A stretch of DNA of 64,000 bases from Eubacteriales bacterium (GTDB lineage Bacteria; Bacillota; Clostridia; Christensenellales; CAG-138), in the NCBI GenBank assembly GCA_021372675.1, contig JAJFTZ010000057.1, positions 22,633 through 86,632 of the forward strand, written 5' to 3'. The position numbers were made by a program, and so were the translations under genes. Each line of letters begins with the position of its first letter. Positions within the stretch are counted from its first letter, which is position 1. The notes beneath the pieces were generated by a model. It saw only the letters and a program-made list of their open reading frames with translations, searched no databases and was not told the DNA's origin. Positions 46,705-55,283 of this stretch are shown in pieces.

Positions 46705-48096
46705 CTACAGCTTTTTGAGCTTTGCGCCGTCCTTGGCGTCCTCGATGGCGTAGCCTAACGTCCTGAGCTTTTCGCGAAGCTCGTCGGCGCGGGCGAAGTT
46801 CCTTTCCGTGCGCGCTTTCGCGCGCTCCTCTAAAAGGGCGAGGGCTTCCGCGGGGAACTCCGCCTCGGCGGTTTTCTGCAAAATGCCGAAGATATGCGCC
46901 GCGCGGTCGAAAAAGCGCGCGGCGGCGTCGATAGCTGAGCGCGAACGGGGCTCGGACACGAAGGTGTTCGCCGCGCGGCAGAAATCGAACAGCACGCCGA
47001 TGGCGTCCGCCGTGTTGAGGTCGTCGTCCATGGCTTCGTTAAACGAGCGCGCATACTGCTCGACGGCGGCGAGGAACGCGGCGTCCGCCTCGGTTTCCGT
47101 TTCCGAAACGGGCGAGCGCGCGATGCGCTCGCGCGTGGTTTTAAGGCGCGTAAGCGCGGCGGAGGCCTGCTCGACCAGCTCGCGCGAAAAGTTCACGGGG
47201 TTGCGGTACTGCGCGCTCAAAAGGAAGAACCGCACCGCGTCGAGGTCGAATTCCTTGGAGATGTCGCGCACGAGCAGGAAGTTGTTGAGGCTCTTGGACA
47301 TTTTTTGGTTATCTATGTTGATGAAGCCGTTGTGGAGCCAGTAGCGCGCGAAGGGCTTGCCGGTCGCCGCTTCGCTCTGCGCCACCTCGTTTTCGTGATG
47401 GGGGAACACGAGGTCCTGACCGCCGCAATGGATGTCGAAGGTTTCGCCTAAAACGGCCATGCTCATGGCGGAGCATTCGATGTGCCAGCCGGGCCTTCCC
47501 ATGCCCCACGGGGATTCCCACGCGGGTTCGCCGGGCTTTGCGGCCTTCCAGAGCGCAAAATCGAGCGGGTCGCGCTTTTGCTCGCCGGGGTCGATGCGCG
47601 CGCCGCTTTCGAGGCTTTCGACGGACTGGCCGGAGAGCTTGCCGTAGGCAGGGTAGCTCCTGACCGCAAAGTACACGTCGCCCTCGGGCGTAGCATAGGC
47701 GTGGCCCGCGTCCACGAGCCGCGCGACGAGCGCGACAATCTCTTTAATGTGCTCGGTGGCGCGCGGGTTCACCGTGGCGCGCTCGATGGAGAGGGCGTCG
47801 GCGTCGCGGTAATATTCCTCGATGAAGCGCGCGCCCACGTCGGAAAAGGGCACGTGCTCCTCGTTGGCGCGGCGGATGATCTTATCGTCCACGTCGGTGA
47901 AGTTCTGCACGAAGGTGACCTTGTTGCCCTGCGACTCGAAGTAGCGGCGCAGCGTGTCGAACACCACGAAAGGCCGCGCGTTGCCGATGTGGAAAAAGTT
48001 ATAGACCGTGGGGCCGCACACGTACATGCTGACCTCTCCGGGCTTGAGCGGCACGAATTCCTCCTTGCGCCGCGTCATGGTGTTGTATAGCTTCAT
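46705..48096 (-). CDS. cysS: Cysteine--tRNA ligase
   Basis: CGPTVYNFFHIGNARP (HIGH) and QKMSKSLNN (KMSKS) motifs. Confidence 0.96.
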   Translation of the reverse strand: MKLYNTMTRRKEEFVPLKPGEVSMYVCGPTVYNFFHIGNARPFVVFDTLRRYFESQGNKVTFVQNFTDVDDKIIRRANEEHVPFSDVGARFIEEYYRDADALSIERATVNPRATEHIKEIVALVARLVDAGHAYATPEGDVYFAVRSYPAYGKLSGQSVESLESGARIDPGEQKRDPLDFALWKAAKPGEPAWESPWGMGRPGWHIECSAMSMAVLGETFDIHCGGQDLVFPHHENEVAQSEAATGKPFARYWLHNGFINIDNQKMSKSLNNFLLVRDISKEFDLDAVRFFLLSAQYRNPVNFSRELVEQASAALTRLKTTRERIARSPVSETETEADAAFLAAVEQYARSFNEAMDDDLNTADAIGVLFDFCRAANTFVSEPRSRSAIDAAARFFDRAAHIFGILQKTAEAEFPAEALALLEERAKARTERNFARADELREKLRTLGYAIEDAKDGAKLKKL

Positions 48097-48153
48097 AATA
48101 AGGAACAAACCTTCTTTCCGAGTTTCCTATTAAAATTTGATTGTCCTAAAAGC

Positions 48154-49518
48154 TCAAAGCTCCCGCTTCACGGCCTCCGCCACCCGCAGGGCGCCGGCGC
48201 AGGTGAGGCGGTCGTGCGCGTCCACCTGATAGTCGATACAGGCGTTGCGCACCGTTTCATACGGCGCGCGCACGTTGTCCTGTTCGAGTATTTCCGTAAC
48301 GAGCTCCACGAATTCCTTGAGCGGCGGGTACGTTAGCTCGACCTCGACGGGGAACGCGCTCTCGCCGCCCGCGGCGCGCAGGGCGGTGGCGTACAGCAGA
48401 ACGTTTTCGGGCTGCGCGCGAAGCGCCAGAAGCGAGTTCATAAGCGACGCCGCGCAGGGAGACGAAAAATCCATGCCGTCGAGCAGCACCAAAAACCTTA
48501 AGGGTTGCGCGCGCAAACGCTCGAAAAGCGGCGTGAGGCTCATGCAGGAGGAGGCGTCCACCGCGATGAGGCGCACCTCGGGAAGCTCGTAGGCGAGCGA
48601 AAGCGCCTGGGTGGTCTTGCCCGTGCCGACGGCGCCCGTGATCGCGATGTTTCTAGAGCGCGCGCCCTGCATGAAGCGGATGGTGTTTTCAAGAAGCTCC
48701 GAACGCTCCCGCTCGTACAGGCTTACGGCGGGCAGCGGCGCAAGCGCGCTCTCGTCGAGCGGGAACAGCCCGCCGCGCTCGTATTGGAAGGCGCGGTGCT
48801 TCAAAAAGCCGCCGCAGCCGTAGGAAGCGAAAAAGTTCCATAGGTCGTCGATTAGACTCGGCCAGGGCTTGCCGCTCAAAAGGCGGACGTAAATCTCCTC
48901 GAGCGCCTCGTCGGAAACGTACTGCTCCGAAAGGCGCATTTCCCCGTAGCGCCATATAGCCCAGTCGAAATCCATCTGAAAAACCGCGGCGGGCGGTATG
49001 ACCGGCTTTTCCTCCTTGGGGGGCTGCGGCTTCGCCGCGTTTCCCGACCAGAGCGCCGTGGAGATGAGCTCGGCGCTGTCGCGCGCCGTGCGCGGCTTAA
49101 GCTTTAATTCCCTATAACGCTCCTGCGCGAAGCGCCTTAGCGCCGCGTCGTTGAGCTTGGTGAGCGCGTAGAGTGTGGAAAGCTCCGCGCGCATGGCGGC
49201 AAACACGTCGTCGTCGCGCCGCTTTTGCGCGGCGCTCGCCGCGAAGGGGTGCTCCGCCTCCACCGCAAGCCACAGGAGGTAGTCGAGCCATAAGTCGCCG
49301 CTGACCCTGCGGGAGGGCGCGCTTAAGAGCGCGGCGGTCAGCGCGTGGTAGCTTCGGCACGCGCCGAGGAGCTCGCCGCAGTTGAGCGCGTCCAAAAAAG
49401 CGCCCAGAAGGGGAAAGGGCGAGTCCGGCCGCTCGTCGCGCGAAAACACGAGCTTGGAAAGAAGCAGATACGCTTCCTCCATCCCCTCCCTGCACGAGCA
49501 GGACGAAAAATCCGCCAT
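48154..49518 (-). CDS. DUF815-like AAA+/P-loop ATPase with ~270-aa N-terminal extension
   Basis: ITGAVGTGKTT Walker A, LVLLDGMDF Walker B, NVLLYATA. ATG 49518 sits behind GGAGG. Ends 57 nt upstream of cysS. Confidence 0.6.
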   Translation of the reverse strand: MADFSSCSCREGMEEAYLLLSKLVFSRDERPDSPFPLLGAFLDALNCGELLGACRSYHALTAALLSAPSRRVSGDLWLDYLLWLAVEAEHPFAASAAQKRRDDDVFAAMRAELSTLYALTKLNDAALRRFAQERYRELKLKPRTARDSAELISTALWSGNAAKPQPPKEEKPVIPPAAVFQMDFDWAIWRYGEMRLSEQYVSDEALEEIYVRLLSGKPWPSLIDDLWNFFASYGCGGFLKHRAFQYERGGLFPLDESALAPLPAVSLYERERSELLENTIRFMQGARSRNIAITGAVGTGKTTQALSLAYELPEVRLIAVDASSCMSLTPLFERLRAQPLRFLVLLDGMDFSSPCAASLMNSLLALRAQPENVLLYATALRAAGGESAFPVEVELTYPPLKEFVELVTEILEQDNVRAPYETVRNACIDYQVDAHDRLTCAGALRVAEAVKREL

Positions 49519-49718
49519 GGCGATACCTCCGCGAGCGTGATAACGATACCAAAGCGCAGCGCGCCGACCCGGCCCCAGCCACAAAGGCTTAGGGCGCACT
49601 ATGCTTAAGCATACCATATTTGCCTTTTCCTTGCAACGCGCGGAGGTATCGTAAAAAGAAAAAACAGAACGAACGTTCACGTGGCTTTTACGCCGCGCGC
49701 AAAACCGCGCGCCGCGCT

Positions 49719-49746
49719 TTGACGGGAGAAGGAAACGTGGTATACT
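49719..49746 (+). promoter_or_regulatory. Extended -10 promoter upstream of murG
   Basis: TTGACG, a 16-nt spacer ending in TGG, then TATACT. About 110 nt before the murG ATG. Confidence 0.55.
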
Positions 49747-49855
49747 GATGCGGAAACCGGCCGTCAGGAGGGGACAAGCCGCGCGCCGTGAAACCATTTT
49801 TTACGCGTGCGCATATGATGAACTGACGGAACATAGATTGTTGGAAAGGGCTTTT

Positions 49856-50935
49856 ATGGCAAAACGCATCCTACTCACCGGCGGCGGCAGCGCGGGGCAC
49901 GTGACCCCCAACCTCGCCCTTATCCCAAGGCTCAAGGCCGAGGGCTTCGAGATACACTATGTGGGCACCGCGGACGGAAAGGAGCATAAGCTCGTCGCCT
50001 CGCGCGAGGACGTTACCTATCACGTGATCAGCGCGGGCAAGCTGCGGCGCTACTTTTCCCTTCAAAATTTTATCGATCCGTTTCGCACGTTAAAGGGCCT
50101 TGTTCAGGCCCGCCGCATCCAAAAGAGCGTGGACCCCGACGTGGTATTTTCTAAGGGCGGCTTCGTATCGCTGCCGGTGGTGCTCGCGGCGCGCGCAAAA
50201 ACGCCCGTCGTGACCCACGAGTCCGACTATACGCCCGGCCTCGCCAACCGCATCATCGCGATGCGCGCGGATAAAATATGCGTCACCTTTGAGGATACTT
50301 TAAAATTCACGCGCGCGAAGGGCGTGCACACCGGTACGCCCATACGCCCGGAGCTTTACGGCGGCAGCAAGGAGGAGGGGCTTAAAATTTTGGGCTTCTC
50401 GGGCGAAAAGCCCGTGCTTCTCGCGATGGGCGGCAGTCAGGGCGCGCAGGCGATCAACGCGGCGCTCCGCGCGGCGCTCCCGGAGCTTTGCAAGCGCTTC
50501 GACGTGGCGCATCTGTGCGGCGAAGGCAAGCGCGACGAGTCGATCCGCATGGATGGCTACGTCCAGTGCGAATATATGTCGGAGGAGCTGCCGCATGTGC
50601 TTGCGGCGGCCGACCTTGTGGTTTCCCGCGCGGGCGCGAATTCCATCTTCGAATTCCTCGCGCTCGCCAAGCCCGCCCTTTTGATACCGCTGCCGCAAAG
50701 CAAGGTAAGCCGTGGCGACCAGATCGTAAACGCGGGTTATTTTCAGAAAAAAGGCTACGCGGCGGTGCTTCCGCAGGAGAAACTCACCCCCGAAACGCTG
50801 ATCGCGGCGGTAGACTGTCTTTTCAACGATAGGGGCAAGTATGCCGACACCATGCGGGACGAAAAGCTTAACGACGGCACCGAAGGCGTACTCCGCGTAA
50901 TCCGCGAGGCGGCGGAGCGCGGCAGGAAAAAATAA
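49856..50935 (+). CDS. murG: UDP-GlcNAc:undecaprenyl-PP-MurNAc-pentapeptide GlcNAc transferase
   Basis: LLTGGGSAGHVTPNLAL and GGSQGA motifs, GT28 length. Confidence 0.9.
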   Translation: MAKRILLTGGGSAGHVTPNLALIPRLKAEGFEIHYVGTADGKEHKLVASREDVTYHVISAGKLRRYFSLQNFIDPFRTLKGLVQARRIQKSVDPDVVFSKGGFVSLPVVLAARAKTPVVTHESDYTPGLANRIIAMRADKICVTFEDTLKFTRAKGVHTGTPIRPELYGGSKEEGLKILGFSGEKPVLLAMGGSQGAQAINAALRAALPELCKRFDVAHLCGEGKRDESIRMDGYVQCEYMSEELPHVLAAADLVVSRAGANSIFEFLALAKPALLIPLPQSKVSRGDQIVNAGYFQKKGYAAVLPQEKLTPETLIAAVDCLFNDRGKYADTMRDEKLNDGTEGVLRVIREAAERGRKK

Positions 50936-50943
50936 GCATGCGT

Positions 50944-51019
50944 TGTTTCACATGAAACAATGTATAGACGAAATGTTTCATGTGAAACAATATGTGGATA
51001 GAATGTTTCATGTGAAACA
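50944..51019. other. Array of three parS-like sites at 30-bp spacing
   Basis: TGTTTCACATGAAACA (50944), TGTTTCATGTGAAACA (50974), TGTTTCATGTGAAACA (51004). Each matches TGTTNCACGTGAAACA at 15/16. Confidence 0.8.
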
Positions 51020-52612
51020 ATGTATAGCGGAAACAAACGGGAGGATACGCGCATCAAACAGGAGCAGGCCCTTTCGAGGGAGATCGTAAAACGGCTTCTC
51101 GAGCAGCCCAACGGCCCCGAAAAGCTCATGGACGACGCCGACACGGCGTTCGACGCTGCGTGGGCCCTTTATCTGGAGGGCTTCGCGCCTGCGGGCGCCT
51201 TTTTGGCGCGCTGCGCGAAAAAGGCCGCGTTCCGCGCGCGCATGGAGGACAGGCTCCTCTTTGAGCGTGAGGACTTCTTAAAAACGCTTTCCTCCGAAAA
51301 CCCCAAGATGCGCAAAAACGCCGCGCGGCTCATGGGGGAATTGCGGATAAGCGGAGCCGCGGAGCTGATCGTTGCGGCGCTCGAAAAGGAACCCCAGCGC
51401 TTCGTGCGGCCGTCGCTGATCCTCGCGCTCGGGAAAACGGGCGGCGCTGCGGCGGAAACGGCGCTTAAAGCCTATGAAGTGCCCGGGGCGAAGGACGAAA
51501 CCGAAAAAAAACATTTCGAGGAGGAGCTTACGGCGCTTTTCACCGCGCGCGCGGCGCTCACGGCACCCAAACGCCACGCGTTCACGGGCTTAAAAAAACC
51601 GTATCTCATTGAGCTTCGCGCGCCGGACAGGCTATCCGAGGCGCTGGTGGCCGAGCTAAATGCCCTTGGCTTTTCGGAGGCCCGCGCGGTAAGCCCATCG
51701 GGCGTGCGGCTCACGACGGACGACATTTCAGGCTTGATGCAGGCGCGCTGCTTCCACGAGCTTTTGTTTGTGGTATCCGACGACGCGGCGCTTGCGCCAA
51801 AGAGCGTCGCGTTCAAGGCGAAGCCCTTCCTCGAGGAGCTTATGATCAACGCGCATGAGGGGGAACGGCCCTTCGGCTTCCGCGTGGAGGTGCGAGCGCA
51901 ATCGGAGGAGCGCGCGGCGCTCGTAAAGGAAATTGCGCTTCTACTGAACGGCGAGACCCTCGCAAACGCGCCGGGCAGCTACGAGGCGGAGCTTCGCGCG
52001 GAGCAAAAGCCAAACGGCGGCGCGCGGCTAACCGTAAAGCTTTCGTCCATACCCGACGAGCGCTTTTCCTACCGCTTGGGGGCCATCCCCGCGTCGATGC
52101 ACCCGGCCACGGCGGCGGCCGTGCTCCGCTACGCCGCCGCTTACTTAAAGGAAGGCTCTCGCGTGTTGGACCCGTTCTGCGGCAGCGGCACGCTTTTGAT
52201 CGAGCGCGAAAAGCTCACAGCATGCGAAGCGCTCACGGGCGTGGATATCGCGCACGCGGCCATCGATGTGGCGCGCCAAAACGCGGCGGCGGCGGGGAGC
52301 AGCGCCAGGTTTATCGTTAACGATTGCCTGCGCTTTGAGGCAAACCGCAAATACGACGAGGTGATCTCGAACCTCCCCTTCGGCAACCGCGTGGGGACGC
52401 ACGCGCACAACGAGCGGCTGTACGCGGAATTTATCGCGCGGCTTCCGCTGTGGCTCAAGCCAAACGGCGTGGCGCTTTTGTACACCATGGAGTTCACGCT
52501 TTTAAAAAAGCTTCTTCGCGAAACGCCCGCTTTAAGGCTCGTGGCGCAGGAGCGCACCGAGGCAGGCGGGCTCATGCCCGGTATTTTCCTATTGCAAAAC
52601 CGCCCGGTGTGA
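51020..52612 (+). CDS. HEAT-repeat / THUMP-like / UPF0020 class-I SAM-dependent (RNA) methyltransferase fusion
   Basis: HEAT-like PKMRKNAARLMGEL..LIVAALEKEP..RPSLILALGKTG. SAM motif VLDPFCGSGTLLIE and catalytic NLPFGNR. Start codon uncertain because ATG 51020 lies inside the parS repeat unit and has no RBS. Confidence 0.6.
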   Translation: MYSGNKREDTRIKQEQALSREIVKRLLEQPNGPEKLMDDADTAFDAAWALYLEGFAPAGAFLARCAKKAAFRARMEDRLLFEREDFLKTLSSENPKMRKNAARLMGELRISGAAELIVAALEKEPQRFVRPSLILALGKTGGAAAETALKAYEVPGAKDETEKKHFEEELTALFTARAALTAPKRHAFTGLKKPYLIELRAPDRLSEALVAELNALGFSEARAVSPSGVRLTTDDISGLMQARCFHELLFVVSDDAALAPKSVAFKAKPFLEELMINAHEGERPFGFRVEVRAQSEERAALVKEIALLLNGETLANAPGSYEAELRAEQKPNGGARLTVKLSSIPDERFSYRLGAIPASMHPATAAAVLRYAAAYLKEGSRVLDPFCGSGTLLIEREKLTACEALTGVDIAHAAIDVARQNAAAAGSSARFIVNDCLRFEANRKYDEVISNLPFGNRVGTHAHNERLYAEFIARLPLWLKPNGVALLYTMEFTLLKKLLRETPALRLVAQERTEAGGLMPGIFLLQNRPV

Positions 52613-52631
52613 CGCCGGGAGAGGAGAACCT

Positions 52632-52994
52632 ATGTATTTTGAAAAGGACTGGCTCCTAAGGCAGATACGCGTAACGGCGCAGATGCTGGCGCGGCTCGCG
52701 TTCAACAAGGACACGCCGTTTTACGAGATGGAAAACAGGGAGGCGCAAAGCGCGAGCGACCTCGTTCACGAAAAGATCATGCGGCTTTTGGACGAGGGAC
52801 GCTTCAACGAGGCGGAGGATATGCTGTTTGACGCGCTCGAGGAGCACGGCATTTCCTGCCTTCGCGTGGCGACCGATTTTTACGCCCGCCTCAACGAGTT
52901 CGACGATACGGTGCTCGAACAAAACGGCTTCGAGCGCGAGGAGATCGCGCAGGGGCTGGAGGATGTTAAGGCCATGTTCGGGCTATTCTTCTAG
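52632..52994 (+). CDS. Hypothetical small helical protein (possibly DUF6483-like)
   Basis: 120-aa ORF 19 nt after the methyltransferase, behind a GGAGAGGAG RBS. Family assignment is from memory only. Confidence 0.4.
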   Translation: MYFEKDWLLRQIRVTAQMLARLAFNKDTPFYEMENREAQSASDLVHEKIMRLLDEGRFNEAEDMLFDALEEHGISCLRVATDFYARLNEFDDTVLEQNGFEREEIAQGLEDVKAMFGLFF

Positions 52995-53096
52995 GTAAGG
53001 GATGAAACCATATATACGCCGTTAAAGTAGATTGTGCTTTTCGACCGGAATGCTATATAATGGAAAGGCGCGAACGGCGTCGCTTGCAACAGATAT

Positions 53097-53879
53097 ATGG
53101 AGGAATATACGTTGGCTAAAATCATCGCGATTGCAAACCAGAAGGGCGGCGTGGGCAAAACCACCACGACCGTCAACCTTTCCACATGCGTGGCGCAGGC
53201 GGGCAAGCGCGTGCTCTGCGTGGATATCGACCCGCAGGGGAACACGACGAGCGGCCTCGGCGTAGATAAGGACGCCCCCCATCACAGCGTATACGACGTG
53301 CTCATCAACGGTGTTTTGGCCGCGGACGCGTGCGTGGATACGGTGGTGAAGGGCCTTAAATTGCTTCCGTCGCGCAAGGAACTTTCGGGGGCGGAGGTGG
53401 AGCTTGTGGGGTTATTGGCGCGCGAGCAGGTGCTGAAACGCGCGCTGAGTCAAGTCAGCGAAGCATTCGACTATGTGTTTATCGACTGCCCGCCGTCGCT
53501 CGGGCTTCTCACCATCAACGCGCTCACGGCGGCGAACACGCTTTTAGCGCCCATCCAATGCGAGTACTACGCCCTCGAAGGGCTTTCAGACCTTATGAAC
53601 ACCGTAAAGCTCGTGCGCGCGCATCTAAATCCCTCGCTCGAGGTGGAGGGCGTCGTTTTGACGATGTTCGACGCGCGCACCAACCTGAGCGCGCAGGTGG
53701 TGACCGAGGTCAAAAAATTCTTCAAGAACAAGGTGTACAAAACCATTATCCCGCGCTCCGTGCGGCTGAGCGAGGCGCCGAGCTTCGGGCTTCCCATCAG
53801 CTTATACGACGAAAAATGCTCCGGCACCAAGGCATACCGCGCGCTTGCGAAGGAGCTTTTAGAAAAAAGCGAGCAATAA
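53097..53879 (+). CDS. soj: Chromosome partitioning ATPase ParA/Soj
   Basis: Deviant Walker A NQKGGVGKTTT, DCPPSLG, 260 aa. Confidence 0.93.
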   Translation: MEEYTLAKIIAIANQKGGVGKTTTTVNLSTCVAQAGKRVLCVDIDPQGNTTSGLGVDKDAPHHSVYDVLINGVLAADACVDTVVKGLKLLPSRKELSGAEVELVGLLAREQVLKRALSQVSEAFDYVFIDCPPSLGLLTINALTAANTLLAPIQCEYYALEGLSDLMNTVKLVRAHLNPSLEVEGVVLTMFDARTNLSAQVVTEVKKFFKNKVYKTIIPRSVRLSEAPSFGLPISLYDEKCSGTKAYRALAKELLEKSEQ

Positions 53880-53913
53880 CGCGGCCATGCCGCAAGCATA
53901 GTAGGAGAGGTAT

Positions 53914-54780
53914 ATGGCCGTCAAAAAGGGACTCGGCAAGGGGCTGGACGCGCTCCTTGGGGATTATGCCGCCGCACCGCCCGAGGGCGTGAAGCAGGTG
54001 AACGTACACGATATCGACACCAACCTCGAGCAGCCCCGCAAGAGCTTCGACGAGGAAAAACTCAGGGAGCTTGCGGCGTCGATCTCCGTGCACGGCGTGG
54101 TGCAGCCTATTCTGGTGCGCCAAAACGGGGCGCGCTTTACCATTGTGGCGGGGGAAAGGCGTTTTCGCGCCGCGCGCCTCGCGGGGCTCGAGCTCGTGCC
54201 CGTGGTGGTGCGCGACATGGAGGATTCGGCGGTGCTCGAGGTGGCGCTTGTGGAAAACCTCCAGCGCGAGGACTTAAACCCCATCGAGGAAGCCGCGGGC
54301 ATTCGCTTTTTGATGCAGCAGCACGACCTCACGCAGGAGGAGGTTTCCTCGAGGCTTGGGAAGAGCCGTCCGGCCATCGCCAACGCGCTTCGCCTATTGA
54401 ACCTGCCGGAAAGCGTGCAATCGCTTTTGCGCGAGGGGAAGCTCCTTCCCGGCCACGCGCGCGCGCTCGTCGTGATCAAGGAAGAAGGCGTGCAGGAGGC
54501 GCTCGCCAACAGGATCGTCGCGGAGGGCTTATCGGCTCGTCAGGCGGAGGAGCAGGCGAGGCTGGCGGCGGAAAAGAGCCTTGAAGAAGGCGAAAAGCGC
54601 GCGCCGCGCAAAGAAAAGCTGAACGCCGACGCGGACCTCGCGGAGGCGGAAGCGCGCTTGCGCGAAAAGCTTGCCACCAAGGTGAGCATTTTAGGCTCAC
54701 AGAAAAGCGGCAAGCTCATCGTCGAATACTATTCCAAAGAGGATTTGAACGCGCTTTACGACCTGCTGATGCAGGAATGA
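53914..54780 (+). CDS. spo0J: Chromosome partitioning protein ParB/Spo0J
   Basis: GERRFRAA box, HTH TQEEVSSRLGKSRPAIANALRLLNL, C-terminal dimerisation region. Confidence 0.93.
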   Translation: MAVKKGLGKGLDALLGDYAAAPPEGVKQVNVHDIDTNLEQPRKSFDEEKLRELAASISVHGVVQPILVRQNGARFTIVAGERRFRAARLAGLELVPVVVRDMEDSAVLEVALVENLQREDLNPIEEAAGIRFLMQQHDLTQEEVSSRLGKSRPAIANALRLLNLPESVQSLLREGKLLPGHARALVVIKEEGVQEALANRIVAEGLSARQAEEQARLAAEKSLEEGEKRAPRKEKLNADADLAEAEARLREKLATKVSILGSQKSGKLIVEYYSKEDLNALYDLLMQE

Positions 54781-54782
54781 TG

Positions 54783-55151
54783 TTACGGCATATCACCGAA
54801 GCTTTCCGAAAACGCGGCGTCCGCCGCAAGGCGAAGCTGCTTTAAGAACCGGTCGAAGCGCGCGAGCATATCGTGCGCTTCCTGCGTTAAGGCCGCGCCG
54901 CCGCCGTGCACGCCGCCGGTCTGGGACGCGAGCAGCTTAAAGCCGAGCGCCGCCTCTGTTTCCTTCACGATGCGCCAAGCCTTGGAATAGGCGAGGTTCA
55001 TCTCGGCCGCGGCGCTCCTTAAGGAGCTCGTGCGGTCCACGCGCCGTAAAAGCTCCGCGATGCCGGGGCCGAAGCATTTTTCATCCGCGCCGCGAAACAG
55101 GCGGACGGAAAGGGTGAACGTCATGGGATCGTTTGTCATATTCGCCTCCAC
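54783..55151 (-). CDS. ModE-N-terminal-like winged-helix (LysR-type HTH) regulator
   Basis: SLRSAAAEMNLAYSKAWRIVKETEAALGFKLL...GG.GGGGA.LT pattern typical of the ModE N-domain. Confidence 0.6.
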   Translation of the reverse strand: MEANMTNDPMTFTLSVRLFRGADEKCFGPGIAELLRRVDRTSSLRSAAAEMNLAYSKAWRIVKETEAALGFKLLASQTGGVHGGGAALTQEAHDMLARFDRFLKQLRLAADAAFSESFGDMP

Positions 55152-55283
55152 AAGGTAGTGCTTGTGGCCGCCTACGGGCCGCGTTCAAGCATAGTATACC
55201 AGAATTACCGCGGATTTGACAGCTTACGAGGGGAATGTTATGCTGAAAACCGAAGAAAAGCCATGTGCCGGGAGGAACCTATC

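Noticed and set aside
48097-48153. T-box leader for cysS
   Set aside because: The gap is only 57 nt, with no specifier or T-box sequence. The 5' region of the upstream ATPase gene (49519-49700) also lacks the AGGGTGGTACCGCG-type T-box motif.
49521-49651. 13-bp inverted repeat CGATACCTCCGCG / CGCGGAGGTATCG bracketing the DUF815 promoter and its SD (possible anti-SD pairing)
   Set aside because: The upstream arm lies upstream of the predicted -35, so it would not be in the mRNA. A 13-bp inverted match within 150 bp is only weakly improbable in GC-rich DNA.
50944-51033. Possible mini-CRISPR array (30-bp periodic repeats)
   Set aside because: There are only three units, the 'spacers' are themselves conserved, the repeat core is a parS palindrome, and no cas genes are present.
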